Positions 30,005 to 38,312 of a stretch of 64,000 nt of DNA are shown here, one piece after another. The position numbers and the translations under genes are program-made. The stretch covers positions 7,846 to 71,845 of the forward strand of contig CAWCQY010000002.1 in assembly GCA_963797795.1 (NCBI GenBank), written 5' to 3'. Numbering within the stretch: position 1 is the stretch's first letter; every line of letters starts with the position of its first letter. Source of the stretch: an uncultured Acidobacteriota bacterium. Its GTDB lineage: Bacteria; Acidobacteriota; Terriglobia; Terriglobales; Acidobacteriaceae. Under the pieces are notes generated by a model, which worked only from the letters and a program-made list of their open reading frames with translations, did not search any database and was not told the DNA's origin.

Positions 30005-31057
30005 ATGTCCGCTCCTGAATCCCGATTCGTCAAGGCCTGCAAGCGGCAACCGGTTGACCGAACCCCGGTCTGGTTTATGCGTCAGGCCGGCCGTTACATG
30101 CCGGAATATCGTGCCATCCGCAAACAATATTCGCTGATTGAAATTTGCAAGAGGCCGCAAGTCGCGGCCGAGGTAACCATTACTGCGGCCGAGGCCCTGG
30201 GCGTGGACGCGGCGATCATCTTCGCTGATCTGCTGCTGCCGCTGGAAGTCATGGGACTGCCTTTCCATTTTTCAGCTGGTGAAGGTCCGGTAATTGAGAA
30301 GCCGGTGCGTCAGGCGGAAGACATAGCTCGCCTGCGCACTGATCGCGCGGCCGATCTGGGCTACGTTTCTGAGGCCGTTCGCCTGGTGTGCAAGCATTTC
30401 GGCGAGCGTCTGCCGGTGATCGGCTTTTGCGGCGCGCCGTTCACCCTTGCCAGTTACATGATCGAAGGCGGGGGCTCGCGCAATTACGTTCACACCAAGA
30501 AGATGATGTATTCGTCCCCTACCGTATGGGACGAACTGATGCGGAAACTGGTGGCAGTCGTCTCCGCTTATGCCGCTGAGCAAGTCGGTGCCGGCGCCGA
30601 CGTCATCCAGATTTTCGACAGCTGGGTCGGCTGCCTTAGCGTCGAAGACTATCGCCGATACGTGCTGCCGCGCACTACCGAACTGGTGGGAGCACTGCAG
30701 AAGACCGGGGTTCCCATAATTTATTTCGGGACGGACAGCGCCACGCTATTGCCTTCGATGCGAGAAACTGGGGCGGAAGTGATTGGGCTCGACTGGCGCA
30801 TCCCTCTCGATGAGGGCTGGCGAAGCCTCGGCTTCGAATGTGCGGTGCAGGGCAATCTTGACCCGGTTTTGCTTTTTGCGGATTGGAAAGAACTGAAGTC
30901 GCGCGCCGAAGATATTCTGCGCCGGGCGGGCGGACGCCCCGGACACATTTTCAATCTTGGCCACGGCATTTTGCCGGAAACTCCGGTCGAGAATGTGAAG
31001 GCGCTGGCCGAATTTGTGCAGGAGCATTCAACGAAAACCATCCCGGCCTCGCGCTGA
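30005..31057 (+). CDS. hemE: uroporphyrinogen decarboxylase
   Basis: ATG 30005. Hallmark motif RTPVWFMRQAGRYMPEYR and C-terminal HIFNLGHGI. Confidence 0.95.
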   Translation: MSAPESRFVKACKRQPVDRTPVWFMRQAGRYMPEYRAIRKQYSLIEICKRPQVAAEVTITAAEALGVDAAIIFADLLLPLEVMGLPFHFSAGEGPVIEKPVRQAEDIARLRTDRAADLGYVSEAVRLVCKHFGERLPVIGFCGAPFTLASYMIEGGGSRNYVHTKKMMYSSPTVWDELMRKLVAVVSAYAAEQVGAGADVIQIFDSWVGCLSVEDYRRYVLPRTTELVGALQKTGVPIIYFGTDSATLLPSMRETGAEVIGLDWRIPLDEGWRSLGFECAVQGNLDPVLLFADWKELKSRAEDILRRAGGRPGHIFNLGHGILPETPVENVKALAEFVQEHSTKTIPASR

Positions 31058-31068
31058 GGGAGTCAAGA

Positions 31069-31983
31069 TTGAACCATCCAAAGAAAACTGCCGTCGTGCT
31101 GCTGGCCCACGGCAGCCCCGACTCGGTTGACGAAGTGCCGGAATTCTTGCTCCGAGTGACTGGTGGGAGACCGCTTCCGCCGTCGGTCATCGAGGAAGTA
31201 AAAAACCGCTATGGTCTGATCGGGCGGTCTCCGCTCACCGAATTGACTCTAAAGCAGGGAGAACTTCTGGGCCGCGAATTGGGATTACCTGTGTATGTCG
31301 GCATGCGAAACTGGAAACCGTTTATCGCCGACGCGGTGCAGGCGATGACCTTAGATGGCATCGAGCACGCCATCGCCATCTGTCTGGCGCCGCAGAATTC
31401 ACGAACCAGCGTCGGCCTCTACCGCTCCACTCTCGCCAGCAACCAGAGAACTCCCTTCAGCGTCGACTTCGTCGAATCTTGGCACGATCATCCGTTGTTG
31501 ATCAAAGCCTTTGCAGAAAAGCTGCGGATTGGATGGGATCGCGCTTGCCGCGAGATGGCGCAAAAAGTCCCGATCATTTTTACCGCGCACAGCGTCCCCG
31601 AACGCACCATTGCTGAGGGCGATCCCTATGAAAGCCAGGCCAAGGAAACCGCGTCGTTAGTGGCGCAGGAGGCCGGATTGAGGCCTGAAGACTGGACGTT
31701 TGCATTTCAGAGTCAGGGCATGTCAGGCGGTGCGTGGCTGGGACCACGGGTAGAAGATACGATCCTCGGTTTGAAAGAAAAAGGTCACCGCGGTGTTTTC
31801 CTTCAACCCATAGGATTTCTCTGTGACCACGTCGAGGTACTCTATGACATCGATATCGCTTTCAAACAGTTCGCGGAGACCGCCGGCATGCGCCTGTGGC
31901 GCGCCGAGTCGCTGAATGATTCGTGGTTGCTGGCGGCGGCGCTGGCGGATGTTGCCAAATCGCGACTGGTCACCGCGGCATGA
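31069..31983 (+). CDS. hemH: ferrochelatase (or coproporphyrin ferrochelatase)
   Basis: An in-frame TTG at 31069 lies just after the hemE stop, with GAGGGA upstream. Motifs: AVVLLAHGSPDSVDEVPEFL, FTAHSVPE and LQPIGFLCDHVEVLYDID. Confidence 0.9.
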   Translation: MNHPKKTAVVLLAHGSPDSVDEVPEFLLRVTGGRPLPPSVIEEVKNRYGLIGRSPLTELTLKQGELLGRELGLPVYVGMRNWKPFIADAVQAMTLDGIEHAIAICLAPQNSRTSVGLYRSTLASNQRTPFSVDFVESWHDHPLLIKAFAEKLRIGWDRACREMAQKVPIIFTAHSVPERTIAEGDPYESQAKETASLVAQEAGLRPEDWTFAFQSQGMSGGAWLGPRVEDTILGLKEKGHRGVFLQPIGFLCDHVEVLYDIDIAFKQFAETAGMRLWRAESLNDSWLLAAALADVAKSRLVTAA

Positions 31984-33410
31984 AACGCATTGCGATTATC
32001 GGCGGCGGAGTCTCAGGGCTGTCCGCTGCTTTCACGCTTGAAAAACAGCGGCTCGCTGGCGCTTCGCTGGAGTACGTTCTGTTCGAATCCAGCCCGCGTC
32101 TCGGCGGAGTGTTGGTCACCGAGCGCGTGGATGGCTGCCTGCTTGAAGCCGGCCCTGATTCGTTTCTGACGGAAAAGCCCTGGGCCAGCGAACTGTGCCG
32201 TGAAGTTAACCTCGGCGATCAACTCGTCGGGTCTAATGATGGCGATCGCAAAACCTACATCGTGGTGAAAGGTAAATTGGTAGTGATCCCCGACGGCCTG
32301 ATGTTCATGGTCCCCACAAAGATCACGCCGACGATGCTGTCGCCACTATTTTCCCCGCGCGCCAAACTGCGGATGGCGGGCGAGTGGTTTCATCCTCCAC
32401 GAAAAGCTGATACCGACGAGACCGTCGCAGCATTTGTGGAGCGCCACTACGGCCCGGAAATGGTGGAGCGTCTTGCCGACCCGCTGCTATCCGGCGTGTA
32501 TGGCGGGCTGGCCAGCGAACTCAGTGTACGTGCCGTCCTTCCGCGATTTGCCGAGATGGAAGCCAAACATGGCAGCCTTGGCCGCGCAATGCTGGCCGCT
32601 CGCAAGAAAATGACATACGGTCCTAAAACACCTGCCAAGCCACTGTTCACTTCGCTGAAAGACGGAATGCAGCAGTTGGTGGACGCGCTGATTCCCCGGC
32701 TGCTAGCGTCCGCGCTTCAAACCAATAGTCCGGCACAGCGTATTCAAAGGCAAAACGGCGGCTGGGTCGTCTCCGCGGGCTACGCGTCGGATAGATTCGA
32801 CGCCGTGGTAATCGCCACGCCGGCAAATGTAGCTGCGGAACTGGTGGGGATGGCCAGCGCGGAGCTTGCCACTGAACTTCGGGGCATACGGTACACCTCG
32901 TCCGTCACAGTAAACCTCGGCTTTGACCAGGGCGTGCGCGCGTCTCTGCCCCCGGGCTTCGGTTTTCTCGTGCCTCGCAGCGAGGGCAAACGCATGCTCG
33001 CGGCCACGTTTGTGCATAACAAGTTCCCTCACCGCGCTCCTGAAGACCGCGCAATTCTTCGCTGCTTCATGGGTGGCGCGCCGGACGAACAGGTTCTTCA
33101 GGCTTCCGATGAAGAAATTCTAGGCATTGTTCGCGAGGAGCTTCGTCAAATCGTCAAGCTGACAGGCGATCCGCTTTTCGCCCGCGTATACAGGTGGAAG
33201 GCCGCAATGGCGCTATACGGTGTCGGCCATTTGGAACGGTTGCAGCGCATCGACAGCCTGCTGCAAGAGCTTCCCGGCCTGGCGCTGGCGGGCAACGGAT
33301 ACCGCGGAATCGGAGTGCCCGATTGCATCCGCTCAGGAAGTGATGCGGCGAATAAAGTTTTGCTCAAGGTCGGTCTTGCGGATGAAAAGTCACACGGCAT
33401 TGCTTCCTGA
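31980..33410 (+). CDS. hemY: HemY-type protoporphyrinogen/coproporphyrinogen oxidase (FAD)
   Basis: ATG 31980 overlaps the hemH stop (ATGA). FAD fold motif MKRIAIIGGGVSGLSAAF and C-terminal GNGYRGIGVPDCI. Confidence 0.9.
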   Translation: MKRIAIIGGGVSGLSAAFTLEKQRLAGASLEYVLFESSPRLGGVLVTERVDGCLLEAGPDSFLTEKPWASELCREVNLGDQLVGSNDGDRKTYIVVKGKLVVIPDGLMFMVPTKITPTMLSPLFSPRAKLRMAGEWFHPPRKADTDETVAAFVERHYGPEMVERLADPLLSGVYGGLASELSVRAVLPRFAEMEAKHGSLGRAMLAARKKMTYGPKTPAKPLFTSLKDGMQQLVDALIPRLLASALQTNSPAQRIQRQNGGWVVSAGYASDRFDAVVIATPANVAAELVGMASAELATELRGIRYTSSVTVNLGFDQGVRASLPPGFGFLVPRSEGKRMLAATFVHNKFPHRAPEDRAILRCFMGGAPDEQVLQASDEEILGIVREELRQIVKLTGDPLFARVYRWKAAMALYGVGHLERLQRIDSLLQELPGLALAGNGYRGIGVPDCIRSGSDAANKVLLKVGLADEKSHGIAS

Positions 33411-33519
33411 GGGAAGGCCCGCCCTTCGAGAAAAATTACTCCCGTAACCATCAGTAACCCTCTTTTGTTGCAGAAACCATTCCTCTGGTTCAGGGTTAGT
33501 ACATCGTGGGAGAACTAGC

Positions 33520-34293
33520 ATGAGGACACCGATTCTGGCCGCTGCCGCGCTCGCAGTATTCGCTTCAGCTCCGCTCTGGGGACAACAACCGGGAGCCCAG
33601 AGTGATACGCCCAATATGAGTGCTTCGGAAATGCATGATATGCCGGGGATGGGCAACGAGGGCAGTGCGCACGCCATGCACTCCATGGAAGGCCGTCACA
33701 TGGACATGGGCCCGCACATGAAGATGACAACAATGCGCGAGATCAAGCCGGGCGATCAGGAAAAGGCCGATCAGGTGGTCGACGCCGCCCGCATAGTCGC
33801 GGAGAAATACCGGGATTACAGAGTGGCCCTGGCCAATGGCTACAAAATTTTCCTGCCCAACCTGCCGCAGAAGCAATACCACTTCACAAATTACTGGTAC
33901 GGCTTCGAAGCGAGTACGCACTTCAATCCTGACCACCCCACTTCGCTGCTGTATGAGAAACAGGGCGATGGCTACAAGCTCATCGGTGTGATGTATACGG
34001 CGCCCAAGAACGCCAGCGAAGATGAACTCGACTCACGCGTTCCGCTCAGCATTGCCCAGTGGCACGCGCACGTGAATCTCTGCGTGCCACCCGCTGACCG
34101 GAGGAAGGAAATGTGGGGTCCGGAACCGCAATTTGGCCTGCAAGGCACGATCACCACCAAGGAAGCCTGCGACGCTGCCGGAGGCAAGTTCACGCCCCAG
34201 ATCTTTGGCTGGATGGTGCACGTTTATCCGTTCGAACAAAGACCAGAAGATATCTGGTCGGTTGAACGGCAGGCCCACAACCACATGGATTAA
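33520..34293 (+). CDS. secreted hypothetical protein with an N-terminal Met/His-rich tract
   Basis: Signal peptide MRTPILAAAALAVFASAPLWGQQ, followed by MSASEMHDMPGMGNEGSAHAMHSMEGRHMDMGPHMKMTTM. Confidence 0.75.
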   Translation: MRTPILAAAALAVFASAPLWGQQPGAQSDTPNMSASEMHDMPGMGNEGSAHAMHSMEGRHMDMGPHMKMTTMREIKPGDQEKADQVVDAARIVAEKYRDYRVALANGYKIFLPNLPQKQYHFTNYWYGFEASTHFNPDHPTSLLYEKQGDGYKLIGVMYTAPKNASEDELDSRVPLSIAQWHAHVNLCVPPADRRKEMWGPEPQFGLQGTITTKEACDAAGGKFTPQIFGWMVHVYPFEQRPEDIWSVERQAHNHMD

Positions 34294-34357
34294 TGGAGAA
34301 CAGGCGTCTCACCCGTTCGGCATCGCGCCGCTAAACGGGCGAGACCCCGTTCTCCAT
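34293..34357. terminator. long imperfect hairpin between convergent genes (candidate bidirectional terminator)
   Basis: The outer 9-bp arms are ATGGAGAAC (34293-34301) and GTTCTCCAT (34349-34357). The inner arms are GTCTCACCCGTT and AACGGGCGAGAC, with one mismatch. Confidence 0.55.
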
Positions 34358-34365
34358 CGGGCACG

Positions 34366-35733
34366 TCAGGGAATAGATTCCTGAATCGCCTCCCTCAACT
34401 GCTCCACAGCCCAGTCTGTTTGATCCGCGGTGATCACAGCCGGAGGCGCGATCAGCAGATGATCGCCCGCAACTCCGTCCACGCAGCCCTGCATGGGATA
34501 AACCAGCAGTCCTCGCTTCACTGCTGCCTGAGCCACGCGACCAGCGAAATTCAGGTCTGGTGCGAATGGCTGCTTAGTGGCCTTATCGGCAACGAACTCC
34601 ACACCCCAAAGCAATCCAATGCCGCGGACATCGCCGACCGCCTTTGCGTCGCGCAACGCTTCGAGTTTCGATCTTAGCGTCGCCGCCGCAGAACCCTCAC
34701 GCTCAGAATCGGCCGTGCGCACGAAATCTCGGTCTTGCATAAATCTGAGCACAGCTCTGCCCGCAGCCAGCGAAATGGGGTGCGAGTTGTAAGTGAAGCC
34801 ATGCAGGAAAGCTCCGGACCCATCGGCAATCGCGTGGGCCACTCGCTTCGAAACCAGGAGTGCGCCCAGCGGCGCATAGCCACTCGATAATCCTTTGGCG
34901 GTGACCAAAATGTCTGGCGCGATGTCCCAATGGTCGACCGCGAAATTTCTTCCGGTGCGCCCCATGCCCGTCATCACTTCATCGGCGATCAGGAGAACGC
35001 CGTGCCGTCGGCAGATCGCAGCCACACTTTGCAAATAGCCGGGCGGCGGCACGACCGCGCCAAGGGTTGCGCCGCTGACCGGCTCGACGATGAATGCCGC
35101 AGCCTCGCCGTTTGCGGCCTCGATGGCCTTCTCGAGTTCAGCGGCGTATTCCTGCCCGCAGTTGCGGCAACCGTCGGTACAGTCGAACGAGCAGCGATAA
35201 CAATAGGGAAACGAAACATGAGCGAACTCGCGCACCATCGGAAGATAAATTTCGCGCCGTCGCTTGTTTCCCGAGACCGATAGCGCTCCCAGTGTCGACC
35301 CGTGATAACTTTGCCCACGGCTGATCACCTGATGACGTTTGCTCTGCCCGATCTCCACTTGGTACTGCCGCGCCAGCTTCAGCGCGGTTTCGACCGACTC
35401 CGAACCGCCGCAGGTAAAGTAGACACAGCCGCCCTCAAAGTTCTTGCCAGCGAACTCAAGCAACTCCGCCGCGTACTCTTCGGCTACTGGAGTCGTGAAC
35501 TGGCTGCTATGCACGAACTCCAGTTGTTTCGCCTGCGCAGCCATCGCGGCTGCGATGTCCGACACTCCATGCCCAATGAAATTCACCGCGGCTGATCCGG
35601 AGAAATCGAAATATGGTTTGCCGCGTGCGTCCCACAAGTAAACGCCTTCACCGCGCACAGCGGGAGGAAAAGTCTTGCGGAACGAGCGCCGCAGAATGGC
35701 GGAGTAAGAACCGACAGCAGTTAAATCTGGCAC
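34366..35733 (-). CDS. class-III PLP-dependent aminotransferase
   Basis: 455 aa with family motifs (LIADEVMTGMGRTG; the PLP-lysine context DILVTAKGLSSGYAPLGA). Confidence 0.9.
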   Translation of the reverse strand: MPDLTAVGSYSAILRRSFRKTFPPAVRGEGVYLWDARGKPYFDFSGSAAVNFIGHGVSDIAAAMAAQAKQLEFVHSSQFTTPVAEEYAAELLEFAGKNFEGGCVYFTCGGSESVETALKLARQYQVEIGQSKRHQVISRGQSYHGSTLGALSVSGNKRRREIYLPMVREFAHVSFPYCYRCSFDCTDGCRNCGQEYAAELEKAIEAANGEAAAFIVEPVSGATLGAVVPPPGYLQSVAAICRRHGVLLIADEVMTGMGRTGRNFAVDHWDIAPDILVTAKGLSSGYAPLGALLVSKRVAHAIADGSGAFLHGFTYNSHPISLAAGRAVLRFMQDRDFVRTADSEREGSAAATLRSKLEALRDAKAVGDVRGIGLLWGVEFVADKATKQPFAPDLNFAGRVAQAAVKRGLLVYPMQGCVDGVAGDHLLIAPPAVITADQTDWAVEQLREAIQESIP

Positions 35734-35836
35734 GCCTCGGATTATCCGGCGGCCTGTGTGCAGGTGTCAAAGTATCCCGAGACGAACCACGAGGCCTAAT
35801 AAGAGGGCGGCAGCAGCCGTGTAGAATCGGCCTTGG

Positions 35837-37505
35837 ATGGCAACTCCGGGAAATGGCCCTCGCAAACCGATGAGTGTCCCAGCCCGCTGGCTGCGCCTGT
35901 TCCAGCCATCCCACCAACACACCGCGTTTTCCGCAACGGTGTTGTTGATGACCGCGATGGTACTCTCTCGTGTCGTCGGATATCTTCGTGAGGCCTATAC
36001 AGCCTGGGCATTTGGCGCCGGTCCAACCACTGACGCGTACATTGCCGCCTTCCAGATCCCCGATTTTCTAGCCTACCTAGTTGCGGGCGGCACCATTTCC
36101 ATCACCTTCGTCTCCATCTACACGCGCTTCCTGGCGGAAAAGCGAGAGGAAGACGCGCAAAAGACTTTTTCCGTAATCATCACGGTAATGACGCTGGTTT
36201 TGGGCATTGGCGTTCTTCTGGCGGAAATCTTCGCCCCGCAGATCACGCGCCTCATGTTCCACCACTTCAAGCCGGAGCAAATTGATCTCTGCGTGCATCT
36301 GACCCGAATCCTGCTGCCGGCCCAGATTCTGTTCTACGTCGGTGGAGTCGTTTCTGCCGTCTTGTCTTCACGCCGGCTTTTTCTGTTTCCCGCGTTGGGG
36401 CCCTTGATCTATAACGCGTTCATTATTCTTGGCGGCGTGGCGCTTTCTCATAGGTTTGGAATCGCTTCACTGGCCTACGGGGCTCTAGCCGGCACTTTCG
36501 TCGGACCATTCCTGATCAACGCAATCGGAGCCGCCCGGGTGGGCACCGGTTACAGCGTCTCATTCGACGTGCGCAATTCGGCATTTCGCGAATGGGTTCG
36601 AATGTCGATTCCTCTGATGATTGGGGTCTCGCTGGTCAGCGCCGACGACTGGATCCTGCGTTACTTCGCTTCTGATTCAACTGGCGCAATCAGCCATATC
36701 AACTACGCCAAACGTCTGTTGGCCGTACCCATCGCAATTCTGGGGCAAGCAGTCGGCCAAGCCTCGCTGCCATTCTTTGCCCGCCTGTTTGGCGAAAAAA
36801 CGCATGCGGGAGTTTGCGGATACTGTAAACGGGTCGGTCTACCGCACCTCGGCTGCTGCGCTTCTCGTCACCAGTTTGATGATGGCCTCCGCCCTCCCGC
36901 TGATCGACTTGGTATACCGCCTGCCGCACGGACATTTCGTATTCTCGGACTCGCAGGTGACTGCGACCTATTTCTTTTGGTTCTCGCTTTCGCTCGTGTT
37001 TTGGGCGGCGCAAGGACTTTATGCGCGGGCTTTTTACGCAGCCGGAAACACGCTCACCCCCATGGTAGCGAGCAGTCTACTCACGGTGGCTTCGATTCCA
37101 ATGTACCGGGCACTCTACCAGGCCTTCGCGTCGGTCGGACTCGCACTGGCTTCCGACTTGGGGATTGCAGCCAACTGCCTGGCCATGGCGATTCTGCTAC
37201 ACCAAAGGAAGCTGGTTGCGTGGGATGAATTGGAATGGGGAGAACTGGGGAAAGCCACCATAACTGCGGCCGCGGCGGGATTGCTGAGTTACCGGGTCGC
37301 TCGCGCCATCGTGGTTACCGGCAGTCGCGTTGCCGACATCGAAGCACTGGCTTTAATCAGTATCACGTGGGCTGGCGCCGTTGCAGCTGGAATGTGGTTG
37401 ACGAAATCTCAGTTGCCCGGCGATCTGCGCCGCCGCAAAGGAACCGTTCTCCCACGAGTAGCCGAGAGGCAAGCCGAAGAACTAACGAAGGGAATTCAGC
37501 CGTAA
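35837..37505 (+). pseudogene. murJ: lipid II flippase MurJ (MviN), split into two frames at an A6 run (36795-36800)
   Basis: ORF 35837-37228 is MurJ-like up to LPFFARLFGEK, and ORF 36621-37505 is MurJ-like from RMREFADTVNGSVYRT onward. Removing one A restores FGEKRMREFADTV. Confidence 0.85.
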
Positions 37506-37565
37506 GCAGGTTCCAGGTCTCAGGCGCCAAATCGAGCCGCCCAAGACCTGCCCTGCGAGGTCTGC

Positions 37566-38093
37566 CTACGCCCGCGCTGCGACCGCTTCGGCCGAAGCGG
37601 TCGGCGTCTTTACTTCTTCGCCATTCGGCTTCGTGCCGCCTTTGCGGATGTCGATGCCGCCTTTGAAGAACGCGCCATCTTCAATGGAAATGCGCGCCGC
37701 GACCACGTCGCCCGTAAGCGAGCCGTCGCTACGGATGTCTACCCGATCACTGGCGGTCAGGTTGCCGCGCACTTTGCCCAGCACCACGATTTCGCGGGCG
37801 TTGATATTGGCCGCGACTACGCCATTGCGACCGACCGTGACCCGGTTTCCAGCGAGGTTGATGGAACCCTCGACTCGCCCGTCAATATACAGAGACTCTG
37901 AACCGGTCACCTCGCCTTTGATCACCAGCGACTTCCCGATCGTCGCCTGATCCGCCGTGCTGGCCGCGACTGCGGGACGAGGCACACCCGCGGGCTCACT
38001 TGGCACAGAGGTGACCGGAGTAGAAACCACGGGACGCTCCGGCTCACCTGGCCGGGTTGGTGTCGTAGAAGGCTGATTAGTGGGTTTCCACAT
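37566..38093 (-). CDS. bactofilin-family cytoskeletal protein
   Basis: Pro-rich N-terminus followed by the bactofilin beta-helix repeats LVIKGEVTGSESLYIDGRVEGSINLAGNRVTVGRNGVVAANINAREIVVLGKVRGNL. Confidence 0.9.
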   Translation of the reverse strand: MWKPTNQPSTTPTRPGEPERPVVSTPVTSVPSEPAGVPRPAVAASTADQATIGKSLVIKGEVTGSESLYIDGRVEGSINLAGNRVTVGRNGVVAANINAREIVVLGKVRGNLTASDRVDIRSDGSLTGDVVAARISIEDGAFFKGGIDIRKGGTKPNGEEVKTPTASAEAVAARA

Positions 38094-38312
38094 GTCAAAA
38101 AATTCCTTTCCTCACGAGTAGATTAAGGGTCGAACCCGCATTTCGGTGACCAAACGAATTCTACTCCCGCTGCCAGCCTCAAGTCTTGTGGAAATTCTGT
38201 GCTGTCTACACTTTTCAACCCTTTCGTAACCTTCTTAGGCAACGGGTACCGAAGCCGACGCCGATGTAATTCCTCCCCTTGAAGAGCAGTTCTTATACCG
38301 TCGCAACCGATA

